Assembly: GCA_000934665.2 (NCBI GenBank)
Contig: JYFJ02002064.1
Span: 1 to 63,674, forward strand
From: Catajapyx aquilonaris
Taxonomy: Eukaryota
DNA: 63,674 bases
Reading direction: 5' to 3'
The stretch's first letter is position 1, and each line of letters starts with the position of its first letter. The notes under the pieces are model-generated. The model saw nothing but the letters and a program-made list of their open reading frames with translations. It searched no databases and had not been told where the DNA came from. Position numbers and translations under genes: made by a program. Positions 13,067-26,245 of the stretch are shown piece by piece.

Positions 13067-15658
13067 GTTATTTTTTATTTTATTTATTTTATATACCCCA
13101 TTTTATGGCGGTGTCATCTTAGGGGTAATTTCAGGTTACCAATATATTCAAGTACCAATGTTAAGTTGTGAAATATCATTGCACTGTTACAACAGTTTAA
13201 GACACATTTCTTGTAAATGGTTAATGCGGAACTTACAATATCCTTACAATCCTACTGCTATAGACTGATGTGAGCTTTTCAGGTGTAGAGTGATGATTTT
13301 ATTGGCACTTTTCAAAATTTGTGCTCAGTGGGTTGTTTTTAATGCACTTGCTTTTGGGCATTACAAAATAGTGCAGAAAAGCCGAATATAACTTGGTTCC
13401 CTGCTAGCTCTTCATTCTTATGACTCAGCGGTGCGGAGAAAGTCCTAACAAAGAAAGGAGTCGAGAGAAGAAAAAAAAATGGAGGAGAGAAGTCGTCTGC
13501 AGGTGAATTCGAGCGACACAAGTTTCATGAAGGAGTCAGGAATTCACAATACGAAAGCTCTAATGATGGCAGGCGGAAAACAGCTGTAAGAGAAATATTG
13601 CCAGAAATTTCTCTCCCGAAACTAGAGTCTCTTCGTATCCGGCAGCTACAAGTTTAGGAAACATTTTCAAACCGGAATAAATTGATTTCACGGCATGACT
13701 TGACTGATAAGAGCCATTGTTTTGGTTCCTCTTACCGTTATCGGCCGTGACCGTAAATTGCAATTACAAGTGCAGCGGTGTCGCAGTGACGCCCGTGAAT
13801 GTTAGCAATTACGAAACCCATTTGCTAGTCCTCATTATGCTGTAACGCTCCAAACATGGTGGCTCGTTTCTTTCCTCTCCATATCACATCTGGATGATAA
13901 ATGGCTGCGGATTCCCGCCGCTTGCTCAACCCGAAAGACAAAACCAACGGGTGGGCCAGACTGCTGGGGGTGGGGGGGAAAAAAACTCAAAAAAACAAAT
14001 GACGAAAGATTAAACCGAGTCGAAGGCGTTGAGATAAAACCGAAAATTCCTCATCAGTGTGAGCCTCCCGCTGGCGGACTTTAATATCACTTAGGCCCAG
14101 GGTAGCAAGAGGGATAATGGGCAGTAGCACGGGCAGGACCTGGCACGCTTGGCGATTCATCACATTCATCACATTCCTTCCGCGGGGCTGAGTTTCCCGG
14201 GGAAAAGGAGCCCGGGGAATTCCGGGAGTTTTTAGGGTAACACAAGCGTGGGGAGGTGGGTGGGGAGAGGTGGGGGATGACATGGATCCGGGAACCCTGT
14301 GCGTGCGTGCGGGAGGGGGGAAATTGGAGGACTTGCCGCATCGATGGAGAGATGGCTGGATCTGGTAACCGTGGCGCGTGGGTAAGATGGCCGTGCTTGG
14401 GTAATGATCACCGCCTCGCGAAATATCACGGATGAATTTCCGATAGCCGGGTTTAACTGGGCGTATTGATACACGGTCCTGATTTCTGATGCCTGGCGTC
14501 ATTACGTGCGCCAATTTTCAAGAAACTTGCATCAAGATTTTTTTTCAAAAAAAATTGCCTCTTAACGGCCTTATAGTGGACTTGGCGAGCATAAATTCCT
14601 GGCCAGGAAGGGCTAAAGTGAGAGATGAAGGCATGAGTGAATCCGAAGTGGCAGTTTGGGGGAAGTTGGGACTTCCTGTGACCTGCTAGGGGGGCCAGAG
14701 TTCGGAAAGACAAACGAGAGGGCAACCATAGCTTGGCACCACCTTCCTCCTTTGCCTGCTTGCTCATTTATTGAATTCCCAGGCCATGCGCTCTCACCAC
14801 TAAGAGCCCCGGCTCTCTGCCTCTCAGCTCGGACCACAAAGGGCACAGCTCACAGTTGCTAGAGCGGAATGCGGCCACCGAGGCACAAATTAAAAGAAAA
14901 ATTTTCAGCCGCTTTTTCCTCTCTAAATACTTGGAGTTCTTCATTTTGCCTTAGTCTCAGTCTGGGAGTGCTTAACATTACTTTCTTATATCATACGGAT
15001 TCCGCCATATTACTCTTAGCCATGGTTTGTCTGAAGTCAGTTACCGTTAATCTACATTTCGGCAATCCAGGACCTTTGGAGCATTTTTACGGAACCTTTG
15101 TCAACTATTTGCATATCAGAGTTGACCTTTCTTGGGGAATAATTTTATTTTTGTCGTCCTTGGAGAAATTGGCTACGTTTTGGCCATTACAGGACTCGTG
15201 TGAATTGACGAGGAAGTTTAGGTTGTAGTCAGTTAGCGATTTGGATTTGTTGATGTCGTGGAGTTTGTACGTTGATGCTTCAGTGAATATATCATAGCAT
15301 TTTTGGAGGGAGTTGGCGATATAACATATCTGGAAATTAGATCCGGAAGTTTTGGTAAGGGTTGGGCATGTTTTGCAAATATATCCAGGAGTAGGTTTTT
15401 CCTTGGATACCGTATTTTCCCCGCCAATAATCTACAGTTGTTTAACAGGGGATCTACGTCTAGTATGTTGCATGTTTGGTTTGCTACTCCATCCTGGCAC
15501 GGCATGGCCTGCGCTGCTTTTGTGTCATACATATCCTGTGTGCCAATCAATCAATCTGTAATTTGCAAATGAAATCCGTACAGACCCTACATGGTGTTTT
15601 CCTTTGCCATAAAGTCACTAACGATACTTAGTAATTTGCCAGTTTGCGAGCCGATAAT

Positions 15659-15954
15659 TGCCCCCCTCCCTCCCCCCTACGGTATCTTCACCTTGTCGCG
15701 GTGGAGGGGCTTGCGTTTCTCCAATGACCCCAAGAGCTATGCCGGCGGTAGCTAAGTCTACTGGCAGGGTCTCCCATGCCGGACAGGTCTTTGGGGTAGG
15801 AGACAGACAAAGAGAGATACCAGTCTTTCCTTTCTTCTTTTTTCTCTTCGTTTCTCTCTCCATCTGTCCCACCTTTGTGTCTTCCGATGTTTCTACGTGT
15901 AATAGCCAGAGAGCCATATTTTCTTTGGCTCCTTCGTGGACAATCAATCAATCA
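15659..15954 (+). mobile_element. Short non-autonomous retroelement with RTE-clade 5'UTR-like structured head and (CAAT)n tail, copy 1
   Basis: CACCTTGTCGCGGTGGAGGGGCTTGCG..AATGACCCCAAGAGCTATG..AGGGTCTCCCATG..CAGGTC..AGACAAAG resembles (from recall) the 5' UTR of RTE LINEs such as BovB and Expander. It ends CAATCAATCAATCA. Second copy at 21944-22202. Confidence 0.7.
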
Positions 15955-16658
15955 TGAGCCGACAATTGACACTCCTAAGAAGGTTTGTAGTTGTGAATAA
16001 TATTAACTTCTGTTTCGGTTCGTTTCTGGATAATTTTGTCGGAATAAAGAAATGGGTCTTTTATAGATGATGTAATGATTATTGTATCTTACATAGAGTT
16101 TTTGATGGGGGCATTGGACGATATTTTAACAAACATTACGAGGTAATCGACAGGATTTTTAATGCACTCATAGTATTCAAATTGTAAGGCGATTCGGGCC
16201 AAAAAAGAGCCAGGGAACATTAAGGACTGTGAAGGGCGTAGTTCTTTCTTCCTCTTCCTCTTGGCGGGTGGTCCCCCTGATACTTGTTTGCGTGCGGGAA
16301 GAAGGTGGGGGTGGTAAAGTGTGCGAAGAGAGTGAAGGGGGGTGTAGCAGTTCATTCATGATGCAATTGACTCCCTGACCTTCTTCAACCTCGTGTGCAA
16401 CTCCGTCTACGAGAAAGGTTTTTCAGAAACTCGTGTGGTTTTAGCTCAATTTGGGTTCAAAGAGCACGTCACAAAATGGTCTATATCTGTAAAGAGTGTT
16501 GGATGTTGTGATAAAAAAATGACAGTCTAGACCCAAATCGTAAAAAATGAAGTATTTCCAGAAGGAATAGCCGAAACAGATCTATATGATTACATTAGTG
16601 ATTATAATCTAGATTTGGGAATACGACATATCTAACCAACATGTTCTCAATATTTCAG

Positions 16659-16903
16659 TGGCCCACCTGAATCTAGGCCAAATATTGACCAAGCTGGGCC
16701 GGACTGACGAAGCCGCAGATGTGTACCTGCGATGTTCCGAGCTGGATGGTACCGGATTGAAGGACCCTCGGACACACGAAGCAACCAAAATATCTGCCTT
16801 GTTTCATCTTGGACGTCTTTACGCTGATGACGGCCATTTCCAAAAGGCGGTTGAAGTTTATAAAGAAGCTATCCAGAAGATGCCATCGTACTACCAAGCC
16901 CAG
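16659..16903 (+). CDS. TMTC2: TMTC2-like protein, next internal TPR exon
   Basis: Acceptor tatttcag and donor CAG|gtcaga. Encodes AHLNLGQILTKLGRTDEAADVYLRCSELDGTGLKDPRTHEATKISALFHLGRLYADDGHFQKAVEVYKEAIQKMPSYYQAQ, matching the recalled TMTC2 segment (LKDP..H, VYKEAIQKMP). Confidence 0.92.
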
Positions 16904-18816
16904 GTCAGAGACAGCAATTTCATATAACCATACTGTATAGACTAACAAGAAATGTCCATACTGGTATATCCCGGGAAAACTTCATTTGCATAGAATATTG
17001 CAAACGTTTCTAGGAACAGAGCCAGCAAATTATTTCGGGTGAAGCTTTTCCACGTACACGGTGGAATGAATAATTCGTATGCTTTTCTTGGTGGCAGGAG
17101 TATTTTAGTGTTTGTTTTTCGTGAAGAGATATGGTTGCTGTGGTGATTTGGCGTAAAAGAAAACTAATTTTCGTTAAGGCTTCACCATTCAAGGTAGATA
17201 ATACCTAGGATTAATAGATTCATTGTCGAATAATTATTGTTGCCAACATTGAATAGCATCCATTAAACATGAGTATGGGCCATATATTTTCAGTGGCGCA
17301 GCCAGGCCTGAGTTTCCCAGGGTGCTGTATATTTCATAATTGAATGATACAAAGCTTGATAACAGGCTCTGCTGAATATTTTATGGAGAAGCCACCCAAA
17401 TATCGACTCCCTCATACATTTAGGCCAGCTGAATAAACAATTTGTCTGATACGTCCACTCGTCAGCTGAAATAGTCCTAATCGTGTTCTAGCATAGTGAT
17501 TAGTAGCTGCGAAAGGGAACTCCCCTAGGCATGTAGCTGTGTAGTAATCTACTTTGAAGTGCTCGACTCTTAATGGATTCTTACATTGGTGTAATGGACG
17601 GTCATCTGTAGACTAAGATTCAGGTAGTCTACATTTTTAATGTAGTTGGAAATTTTATACACTCTACCAGTAACAAAGGCTTCTGAACTTCACCTGAATC
17701 CTTAAAAGATGGTTCTGGGGTCCTCTCCCCCTAAAAATGTGTAGGTCCCGGAAACCATATCCTCCTACCTCTTTCTGTAGCTGAAGCGTGCTGCTCTTAA
17801 AATTTATGGAGAAGGCAATGGAGATGGAATGGCCCAAGCTGCCCATCAGACTCAGAGATCCATTGGGGATTCAGGCTTTTGCTCCCAGAAGCCCCCACGC
17901 TCCATTCCACGCCTTTCCCCCAATGATTTTCGATGCAGGCAGCCAGGGCCTCAAAAAACTCCCTGGCTCTGATTCCTACTTTCTGACTCCCCCGGATACA
18001 TCTCCGGATCCGATCTAGGCAGCGTCGCTCTTATTTATGGGGTCAGGCCATAACATAACTGGTTACGCTCCCTGTGATCTGGTAACAATGAGGATAAGGA
18101 GGGAAAAATCCAAGATGGCTCCCGGTTTGTGGGGAGGGAAATAGTCTCCACCTGGCAATTTCAGAAGTTGATTTGCTTGCTTCTGGAGCGTGATGTAGAC
18201 TCGGCATTTGTGTTGCGTCGAGTATGAAAGGGAGCCTGCCAAAATAATTAGTTTAACCCCTGCCATTGTGGGCGGCCAACTTTTGCCCTACCTTTGGAAA
18301 ATGGGAAGTGGCAGAGCGTGGAAGAGACGAAGCGACGGTTCCGTGTGCTTGCTGGGGGAAACATTCGAAATGTTTGTTCTGCCAGCTTACAAAGGAAGTT
18401 GAGCAAATCAGAAACTTGATACCAAGGCCGCGCACTGACAACCCTCCTTTATTAATGGAAATTCGACTTCCTGCTCGGAGAATCGCTGAGCGCCTCTCGA
18501 ACTTAATATTAAACCCGAAACTCTGCCGCCGTCGTTTTGGGCCTAATGTTTCTCCTGATACTCTATAACCCCAAGCAACCTACACTCCATTATTTCATCA
18601 GTTGTGGAATAATGGGCATAAATGGTACGGGCAATCAGAGCGTATCGCTTTCCGCAGAACGTTAGACATTCATTAGAAAGACATGTTATTCACGTACACT
18701 AAGGGTTACAAAGAACTCTGGTATCGACCTTGTCGCAGGATTTCTCAGCCGGGGTTCCGCGAGAAATCGCCAGGAGTTCCGCGAGAAATAGTGGTGAATA
18801 CGCTAATCATATGTAT

Positions 18817-19078
18817 CAAGGGCTTAACCACTCGACTGTTAAGTGTACACTGGGTACCAAAATTCAAGGAGTACAGTACTGGCCAATAATCGAGGCAACG
18901 ACTAGCGACATTTTCCCGAAGCGGCAGAAGAAGGAATCTTGCTCGCCCGGCTTGTAGCATGCTTATCTTCGATTCCTTCTTCTGCCGCTTCGGGAAAATG
19001 TCGCTAGTAGTTGCCTCGATTATTGGCCAGTACTGTATCAGTGCAGCACACCGGAGTACCGAAGTGGTTAACCCCTTG
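18817..19078. mobile_element. hAT-like MITE with nested Tc1-like MITE (18874-19035)
   Basis: Outer CAAGGGCTTAACCACT...AGTGGTTAACCCCTTG with ATATGT repeated on both sides. Inner TA|CAGTACTGGCCAATAATCGAGGCAAC...GTTGCCTCGATTATTGGCCAGTACTG|TA. Confidence 0.8.
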
Positions 19079-19941
19079 ATATATGTATTTTTGAGTTATT
19101 ACGTGAGGTATCATAATTTGTATGGATTCCCTGAGACATCAGTAGCTTATTATTTTACGGGTTCCGCGATGGTAAAAAGTGTAAGGGCTATCAGTACATT
19201 GAAGCAACCAGAGTGTACCTGAGCCAACTTTCCGATTTTGAGTAGGTGCGATCAGCCCCTTGAACCGTCGAGAAAGTAACAGAGGTGAAAAACTTGTAAT
19301 CTGACAAACTCTCAGAAAAAAGTCCAGGTCCATCTATTATTCCCCAAGAGTCGACTCGTGTCCTTCTTTCTACGCCTTTTTCTCCAGGGAGCAAGAAATC
19401 GATTGGAAGGTGCATTTGACTCGTCCGACGACGAATGAAAACAGATGTTGGCCGCAAACTTGGCAGACGCGTTCCCCACTCGCGGCTTGACATATCGGAA
19501 TATTTGGTGGATAGGTGGGGGAAGGTAGGGGGATATCATGGGAACAGGGAGGAAGGAAGGGGTGGCTTCTGTCTCCTGGTGAATGTTGAATGACAGAAGA
19601 TGAGTCGTTTAGAAGCGGGGAAAAATGAGCCTCGGGGGAAACAGGTACCATTTCAGGGATGAATCGACACCCACAAGCGCGAAAGTGCTGTCGTTGACCT
19701 GGGAACGAGATGAAGGGAACAAGGTTATCAGCAAGACGTCAGATGCATGCTACCCATAGGCTGATACTGTAACCTCGTTTATACAGGTTTACAATGACTA
19801 CTAAGCAGGACGAAATCAAACATATACAGGATGTTCCAAGTTCGTGAGGGCTTTTATAATAGTTATTGTTATAGGATATTTTGCTCAAAGCTGTTATTTT
19901 TTTGTAGCTTGTTGCTCCCCTAACCAATAGCCACTGCTATA

Positions 19942-20271
19942 CAGGGTGTTTCACCTTTTTGTCCGAACAGTTATCGGAAAATTGCACGTAGCTGCAACTT
20001 TGTAAGCAGTGACTTGCAACCTGTGATTTGTCGGAGGAATGGGGAATAAGGAAAAAGAGGGTCACACATCCCATGGTATGTGTGACCCTCATTTTTTCCT
20101 GGCTTGACCCTCAATTTTCAGCTGGCAGCACGCATGCCACTTCAACCTACGATTCGCAGGGAATATTCCCCGTTCCTCCGAAAAATCACCGTTTGAAAGT
20201 CACTGCTTACAAAGTAGCAGCTACGTGAAATTTTCCGATAACTGTTCGGACAAAAAAGTTGAAACACCCTG
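19942..20271. mobile_element. Mariner-type MITE, ~95-bp TIRs (copy 1), inserted in an older MITE (19827-20342)
   Basis: TA|CAGGGTGTTTCA..TTTTGTCCGAACAGTTATCGG...GAAACACCCTG|TA. Close copy at 22288-22617. Confidence 0.9.
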
Positions 20272-20360
20272 TATTCAACCACCTGATAGTACTGAGGCAG
20301 CTGGACATGCTACACAGAAATAACTACTTCGGACGATATCAGACTTGCGGTTCTCCTTAA

Positions 20361-20518
20361 AGCTGCGTTTACATGTGAGCGATTTGACAAGCGAAATCTT
20401 CGCCGAGGCTGAAATTAACAATCGGTTTTCGCCTCAATATTGGTTACTTGGGTTACTCAGCCTCGGCGAAGACTTCCCTCCACTTCTCTCTTCAAATCGC
20501 TCACATGTAAACGCACCT
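20361..20518. mobile_element. PIF/Harbinger (Tourist-like) MITE
   Basis: TAA|AGCTGCGTTTACATGTGAGCGATTTGA...TCAAATCGCTCACATGTAAACGCACCT|TAA; 3-bp TAA TSD. Confidence 0.8.
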
Positions 20519-21943
20519 TAACTTCTCCATTGACCAAAAAATAAAACTTTCTGGAGCATAGTAGTTCAAATGCCCGCAGAGAGACTCCAGTCATTACCAT
20601 GAAGATGATGACGATATCAGTGATAACAAAGAAACCCCCACGAACATGGAATACCCTGTATTTTGTTGAACCACTGCACTGCCTAGATATTTGATTGAAA
20701 CCAATGTTTTTGATATCATCTGAACCTCTTGGGTGTCTGGATACAAAGTGTCGGCACCTTGCGAACAAGGTCGAGCCACGCCCCGTAATTAACACTCTTA
20801 ATCCTAAGCTCACGTCGGAGTGAATCAGCTCATTTCGTGACTCCAGTATCAGATTTCTTAGCTAGGGGAAAAAAAAAACTTTCATAAGCCTCACCTCCCG
20901 CGGTTCTTTACGATTCATTTGTCAAGTGTGGAGTTGGAATCCCGAGAATGAGGCAGACCGCTATCTGGAACTGAAAGTGCGGCTACGTTATTACATGGGG
21001 GAGTCTTCTACGTCATTTTCTTCTAGCACGGCACGACACGTGTCTTCCAAAATATTTCCAGAATGCACCCGTTTCGTGACGTCACGCAATGCACCATTAC
21101 CAGCTGCAGCTAATTTCATATCCCATATTTCAAAGGGGGGGTGAAATTTATGGCCATATATTTCTGATGTGAACATATAGCACCTCGGTTTGTCAGGTGG
21201 TCAATGCGGCGATATTAGTTATTTATAAATCGCCATTACGCACCGGGGGCAAAGTTTTGCTGTTTGTTTTGTAGTCAATGTACCATGCTCACCGGCTTGT
21301 GATCAATGGGTCCTAACGCACTCTGACTCGCTTTTTGGACACTGCCTGGCACTTTTCCATTAGCCAAGAGCAATATTTTCCGCTGCTAGACTTTTCCTTT
21401 TCCATCCCTCTCCCCAATATTTTTCTGGCTCAATGGCTGGGGCCTCCTGGAGGTGGCGAATTTGGACCCGCTTTAATGATGTCGAGGTAGCTTTAACATT
21501 CCATATAACATACTGCGAGCCTTGATTAAACTTTCATTAGACTTTATGTGCAGTAATAGGATGGGAAATCCCTCCCAGAATTCTGTACTTATTTTTTTTA
21601 AATATATACGGACCAAAAACTACAGGGTGATCATAAAGTCTTATTTATAGCATGTAACGACTATAGGTGTAGGCTTACTAAGTTGCTTAAATATAGTAGT
21701 TAAATGAGGTTTGAAGCCTCAGGCGCACTATCGACTACTATAGAGTTTCTACTACTTTGCAGGCTAAATGTAGGCTAACAAGATTAGTGCTCCTATAGTA
21801 GTTTCTTTCTATGGAATGACTTTATTGTCACTGCATATTGTGGGCATGTAACAGAAAAATACCAGTCCAAAAAAATCAGATTAGATAAAATCCAAACCTG
21901 CGATTTGACCATGCTGTTAAATGCTATTAAATGCAGAAAATAC

Positions 21944-22202
21944 TGTCCCCCTCCCCACGATAGTATCTCTACCTTGCCATGGTGGGGGGGGGGGCTTGTG
22001 TTTCNNNNNTGTTTCTCCCGTGATCCCGGAGAGCTACGCCGGCTGTAGCTTAGCTACTGGCATAGTGTCCTAAGCCGAACAGGTCTTTGGGGTAGGAGAC
22101 AAACCTCTCTTCTTTTTCTCTTCGTTTCTCTCTCCATCTATCCCATCTGTGTATTTTCTCATAGCCAGATAGCCATTGCTTTAGCTCCTTGCTAATCAAT
22201 CA
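21944..22202 (+). mobile_element. RTE-5'UTR-headed short element, copy 2 (more degenerate)
   Basis: Colinear with 15659-15954 (GAGCTACGCCGGCTGTAGC, CAGGTCTTTGGGGTAGGAGAC, TTCGTTTCTCTCTCCATCT, AATCAATCA tail). Confidence 0.7.
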
Positions 22203-22287
22203 GAAAATCCTAGCTTGCTGGCTCATTATGAATGTTTAAGACTAAACGGACTACTTCACTAGATGTTTTTCTTGTATTCCCACGATA

Positions 22288-22617
22288 CAGGGTGTTTCAA
22301 CTTTTTGTCCGAATAGTTATCGGAAAATTGCACGTAGCTGCTACTTTGTAAGCAGTGACTTGCAACTGGTGATTTGTCGGAGGAATGGAGAATGGGGGGA
22401 AAAAAGGGTCACACATGCCATGGGATGTGTGACCCTCTTTTTTCCAGGCTTGACCCTCAATTTTCAACGGGCAGCACGTATGCCACTTCAACCTACGATT
22501 CGCATGGAATATTCCCAGTTCCTCCGAAAAATCACCGGTTGCAAGTCACTGCTTACAAAGTAGCAGCTACGTGCAATTTTCCGATAACTGTTCGGACAAA
22601 AAAGTTGAAACATCCTG
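22288..22617. mobile_element. Mariner-type MITE (copy 2)
   Basis: Same TIRs and interior as 19942-20271, with TA on both sides. Confidence 0.9.
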
Positions 22618-23547
22618 TATATTTATGTCGTGCCTGTTGTCGTTTTCTGCATTCCCCTGAGCGGTTAGTTCCACCTGAGACGAATCTGGTGACGAATCGA
22701 CGAAGAGATACCCCTGGGGGGCGCAATTATTGCATTAAATCATACCTACCAACACAAACGTTGCTTCTGAATTTCACTGCATCTTCCTGAAGTTTTGCGC
22801 GATTGAACCACGTTATCTGAATAAAGTTGACCGAATTACTCCTCCTCTACTCTGCACTGTACAGTACCGTACTGGCGCATTTTGCGTGGCCAACCGCGGC
22901 ATGAATCGAGTTGTAAACCTAACCATATGGAAAGTTTGCCATGGTGTCTAATATCTACATTAGTACGTGCTATTCCCGTTGATGTAGTGCCTCCCTCCGG
23001 GCTTCCTAGTCCGGAGATAGTTCCCGTATCGACTCCCAGTTGGCGCCGGCGACCAGGATTGGCGGGAAAAGCGCTAGGCCCCGGAACGAGCGGTCGTTGA
23101 ATCGAATGACATCTCCGGATTTTTTTTTTTTGTCAACCCTCCCCACTCCCTACCCCTCCAGCCCCCTCGCTCGGTGACGTTGATGGGTAGCCCTGCAGGC
23201 GGGAAATGGCCTGTGGGTGGATTTCCGACCCCTACGTGGGTGGAGTGCAGGCCCCCTTCCGTGGGTGAATTGTGGCTTGTTGTGGGTGTGAGGTGGGGAG
23301 AGGCGGGGAGGGTGTTTTAAAACAAACAGCAAAAAAAATTCTGGGGTTGTCTTGTCGGAACCCCGGGCGGAGGAATAAGGTGGAATTGTCATAACAAAGA
23401 AATGGCCCGGAATATGAGGCAAGAAATGGCTATCCGGGGCGAAAACGCCGAAAAAAATGGGGGTGTCGTAACTGTGACACGGTCTAAATAATGCAGCCTG
23501 TTCCTTTTTTCTGTTATTACCTAATTAATTATTCTGAAGCTGATATT

Positions 23548-23770
23548 GCACCATGACAAGGTGATCCTGCACCATGTCATGATGGTCATCAGCACCATGT
23601 CATGATGGTCATCAGCACTATTCATGACGGTCATCTGCACTATTCATGACGGTATGTGATCTCACCATGTCATGACGGTCATCAGCACCATGTCATGATG
23701 GTCATCAGCACCATGTCATGACGGTGATCTGCTCCATGCCATGAAAGTGATCTGCACTTTGTCATGGAGA
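23548..23770. repeat. 23-bp minisatellite (CACCATGTCATGATGGTCATCAG), ~9 copies
   Basis: Directly visible tandem units with minor variants. Confidence 0.9.
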
Positions 23771-24944
23771 TGTCGCTTCATACAATATCCTTCCTGGAAA
23801 ATTGGGGTGACATTCACGACATTCCTTTCAAACATGACGAATATGATTATAATAACTCGAATACCGAACCAGTTATGCAGCCATTCATTACTCACCCAGT
23901 ATTTATAACCGCAGTTCCATCATTACTTCCCGCATCCATGGTCTGTCCCAAAAAGTGGGTTCACCTGGAAAATTCAGATCTGAAACAATGCAGGATGGGT
24001 CCCCCTACATTATTTTGTTAGTGACCAAAAAAAGAGGGTCCATGTTGATCCAGTGCTACCATCCGTGAACCGCAGTCCGAGTTGGGAGGGTCCGCATCCC
24101 CTGGAGTTGACAAAGGCCGATATGAGCAGTGTTTTTTAAGGGTAAAATTTCATGAGCATCGATTTGGGGGGCGGGGGAGGGGGGACCCCCGTCTTGTGAA
24201 GAACTGGTGGGGATCTCTCTCGCATGACGACAGGCCGTAAACATTTCGCATACGTTATGCTGTTGCTCGCTCGGCTGTCCTTTATATCCCTTCCATACCC
24301 CTCCTGGCCGCTCTATGAAATATTACTTGTTTGAGGACTTTTATTCGATTTCCCTTGTGTAAACCAGAAGTAGGGTAGGTTGAGCGTGAGTAACGCTCGC
24401 CTAGAATATGGTAACCGCTGTGTTTTGCTAACTGCGGTTCACACACACACACACACCCACACATGGGAGAAAAATCGAGTTCCGTCGCTTGAAATGGGCT
24501 TTCATTTTGCAGGAGCTATTTGGAATTGACATCACCCTGTCAATGGCCATGTTAAATTTTAAACGGGGTTATCCAATCAATTTGGGAGCTTTCATTCCAC
24601 TTGCTTTATTGTCGGGTTAGATTTTGGAATGAAATCTTTAGTCGCATTAATTCCGCGTTTAAATATTGTATCGGTGATCATGTATATTGCCTACACTACT
24701 ACAGTCAAGGGGGTAATCACTCGACTGAAAAGTGTACACTGGAGTACCAAATTCAAGGAGTACCAAGGAGTAATAAAGAGTGAGGTACGCCTACCTGAGG
24801 AGTACCCCACTCGCAGGTGTACACCGGAGTACCGACTACAGTAGTGTAGTCAGGGAGCATATACTACATGTAGTATATGCTCCAGGGAGTCAAAGACGGA
24901 AATTATTTCACTTCCTATTCCACTTCCCCTCCGGACTGAAAGTC

Positions 24945-25330
24945 AGGGACGGAAATCATTTCCGTCCCAGAGAGGACGGACGTGGGTTGAGACGGAAATC
25001 ATTTCAGTCCCGGCGAGGACGGACGGGGGTTTGGACGGAAATCATTTCAGTCCCGGCGAGGACGGACGCGGGTCGGGACGGAAATCATTTCAGTCCCGGC
25101 GAGGACGGACGCGGGTCGGGACGGAAATCATTTCAGTCCCGGAGAGGATTGAAACAGGTTGGGACGGAAATCATTTCAGTCCCGGAGAGGATTGAAACAG
25201 TTTGGGATGGAAATCATTTCAGTCTCGGAGAGGATTGAAACAGGTTGGGACGGAAATCATTTCAGTCCCGGAGAGGACTGAAACAGGTTGGGATGGAAAT
25301 AATTTCAGTCTCGGAGAGGACGGAATTTAA
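24945..25330 (+). repeat. 43-bp tandem array (9 units) with palindromic core GGGACGGAAATCATTTCAGTCCC
   Basis: Units counted directly. There are two linker subtypes (GACGGACGCGGGT x4, GATTGAAACAGGT x4). The same motif is inverted at 36720-36935. Confidence 0.9.
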
Positions 25331-26162
25331 AGCGCGGATTTCAGTCCCTCTCCGGATACATAATATGAATCAGTCCGATTTAAGTCATATCCGAGAAACG
25401 GTCTTAGGCTACAGACTGATTTACATTTCCGTCCAGGAGGGGATCGGGACAGAATAGCGAATAGGCAATTGTAGCGGCAGCTGTGCCCAGGTAAAGATTT
25501 TGACTTGGAACGGCAGTCACTCCTTTCCATGTCGTTCCATGTGAGATTTGACACCTTCAGCTTGTGTCTACAGTCTCTACACCGTTATGCCACAAGTCTC
25601 TAAAAACTAAAAAGGCACGAGTGTGGCAGTCCTGGTTTCGCCAAATCTTCGGACAAAAAAAAACCAAATGTGAGCAAGAAGAAGTCTGAATGAAAAGAAG
25701 ATGTGGCGCAGCCCCGGCTGCCAGCTTGCTCCCCTACCCCCTACCCCCCACCTCACTCTGCTATGGCCCCCTTCCTCGTTTACAGTCTTTACACCCAATA
25801 CCCCACCCGAGCTGGATTAGTGGGCCCTACCACCGAAACCGAACCGGACCAACATTGAGAAGGCCGATTACTATGGAGTATGGACGTTGATTCAATTTTT
25901 TTTAAATGAAATAAAATAAAATAAAAATAAAAAGTGAGCATCGGTGAGATCGGAAACCGTATATCCCAGCAGTTTGAGTTGATGGATACGCGGAGAATCG
26001 GAGGAGACGGTCAGACGGACACACTTTCTGATCGAGAATACAGCAGATAAGCAATGGAGATTCGGCTTAATATATTAGGCCCTATCTCGAGAAAAGTGAG
26101 AGTTATCAAGGCTATCAAGGTCCTTGCAAAGCCTCTGCAGGACATGCACCATACCCTATGAT

Positions 26163-26166
26163 TATT

Positions 26167-26230
<64 letters not shown>

Positions 26231-26245
26231 CTATTATCATTATGA
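26163..26245. repeat. (ATC)n microsatellite
   Basis: Trinucleotide run; source of the poly-His and poly-Asp spurious ORFs. Confidence 0.95.

Noticed and set aside
13987..14514. 175-aa Pro/Arg-rich ORF
   Set aside because: Low-complexity translation of G-rich intronic DNA, with overlapping ORFs in several frames and no recognisable domain.
24945..25330. CRISPR array
   Set aside because: The linkers are only 20 bp and are near-identical to each other rather than unique spacers. The context is eukaryotic, with no cas genes.
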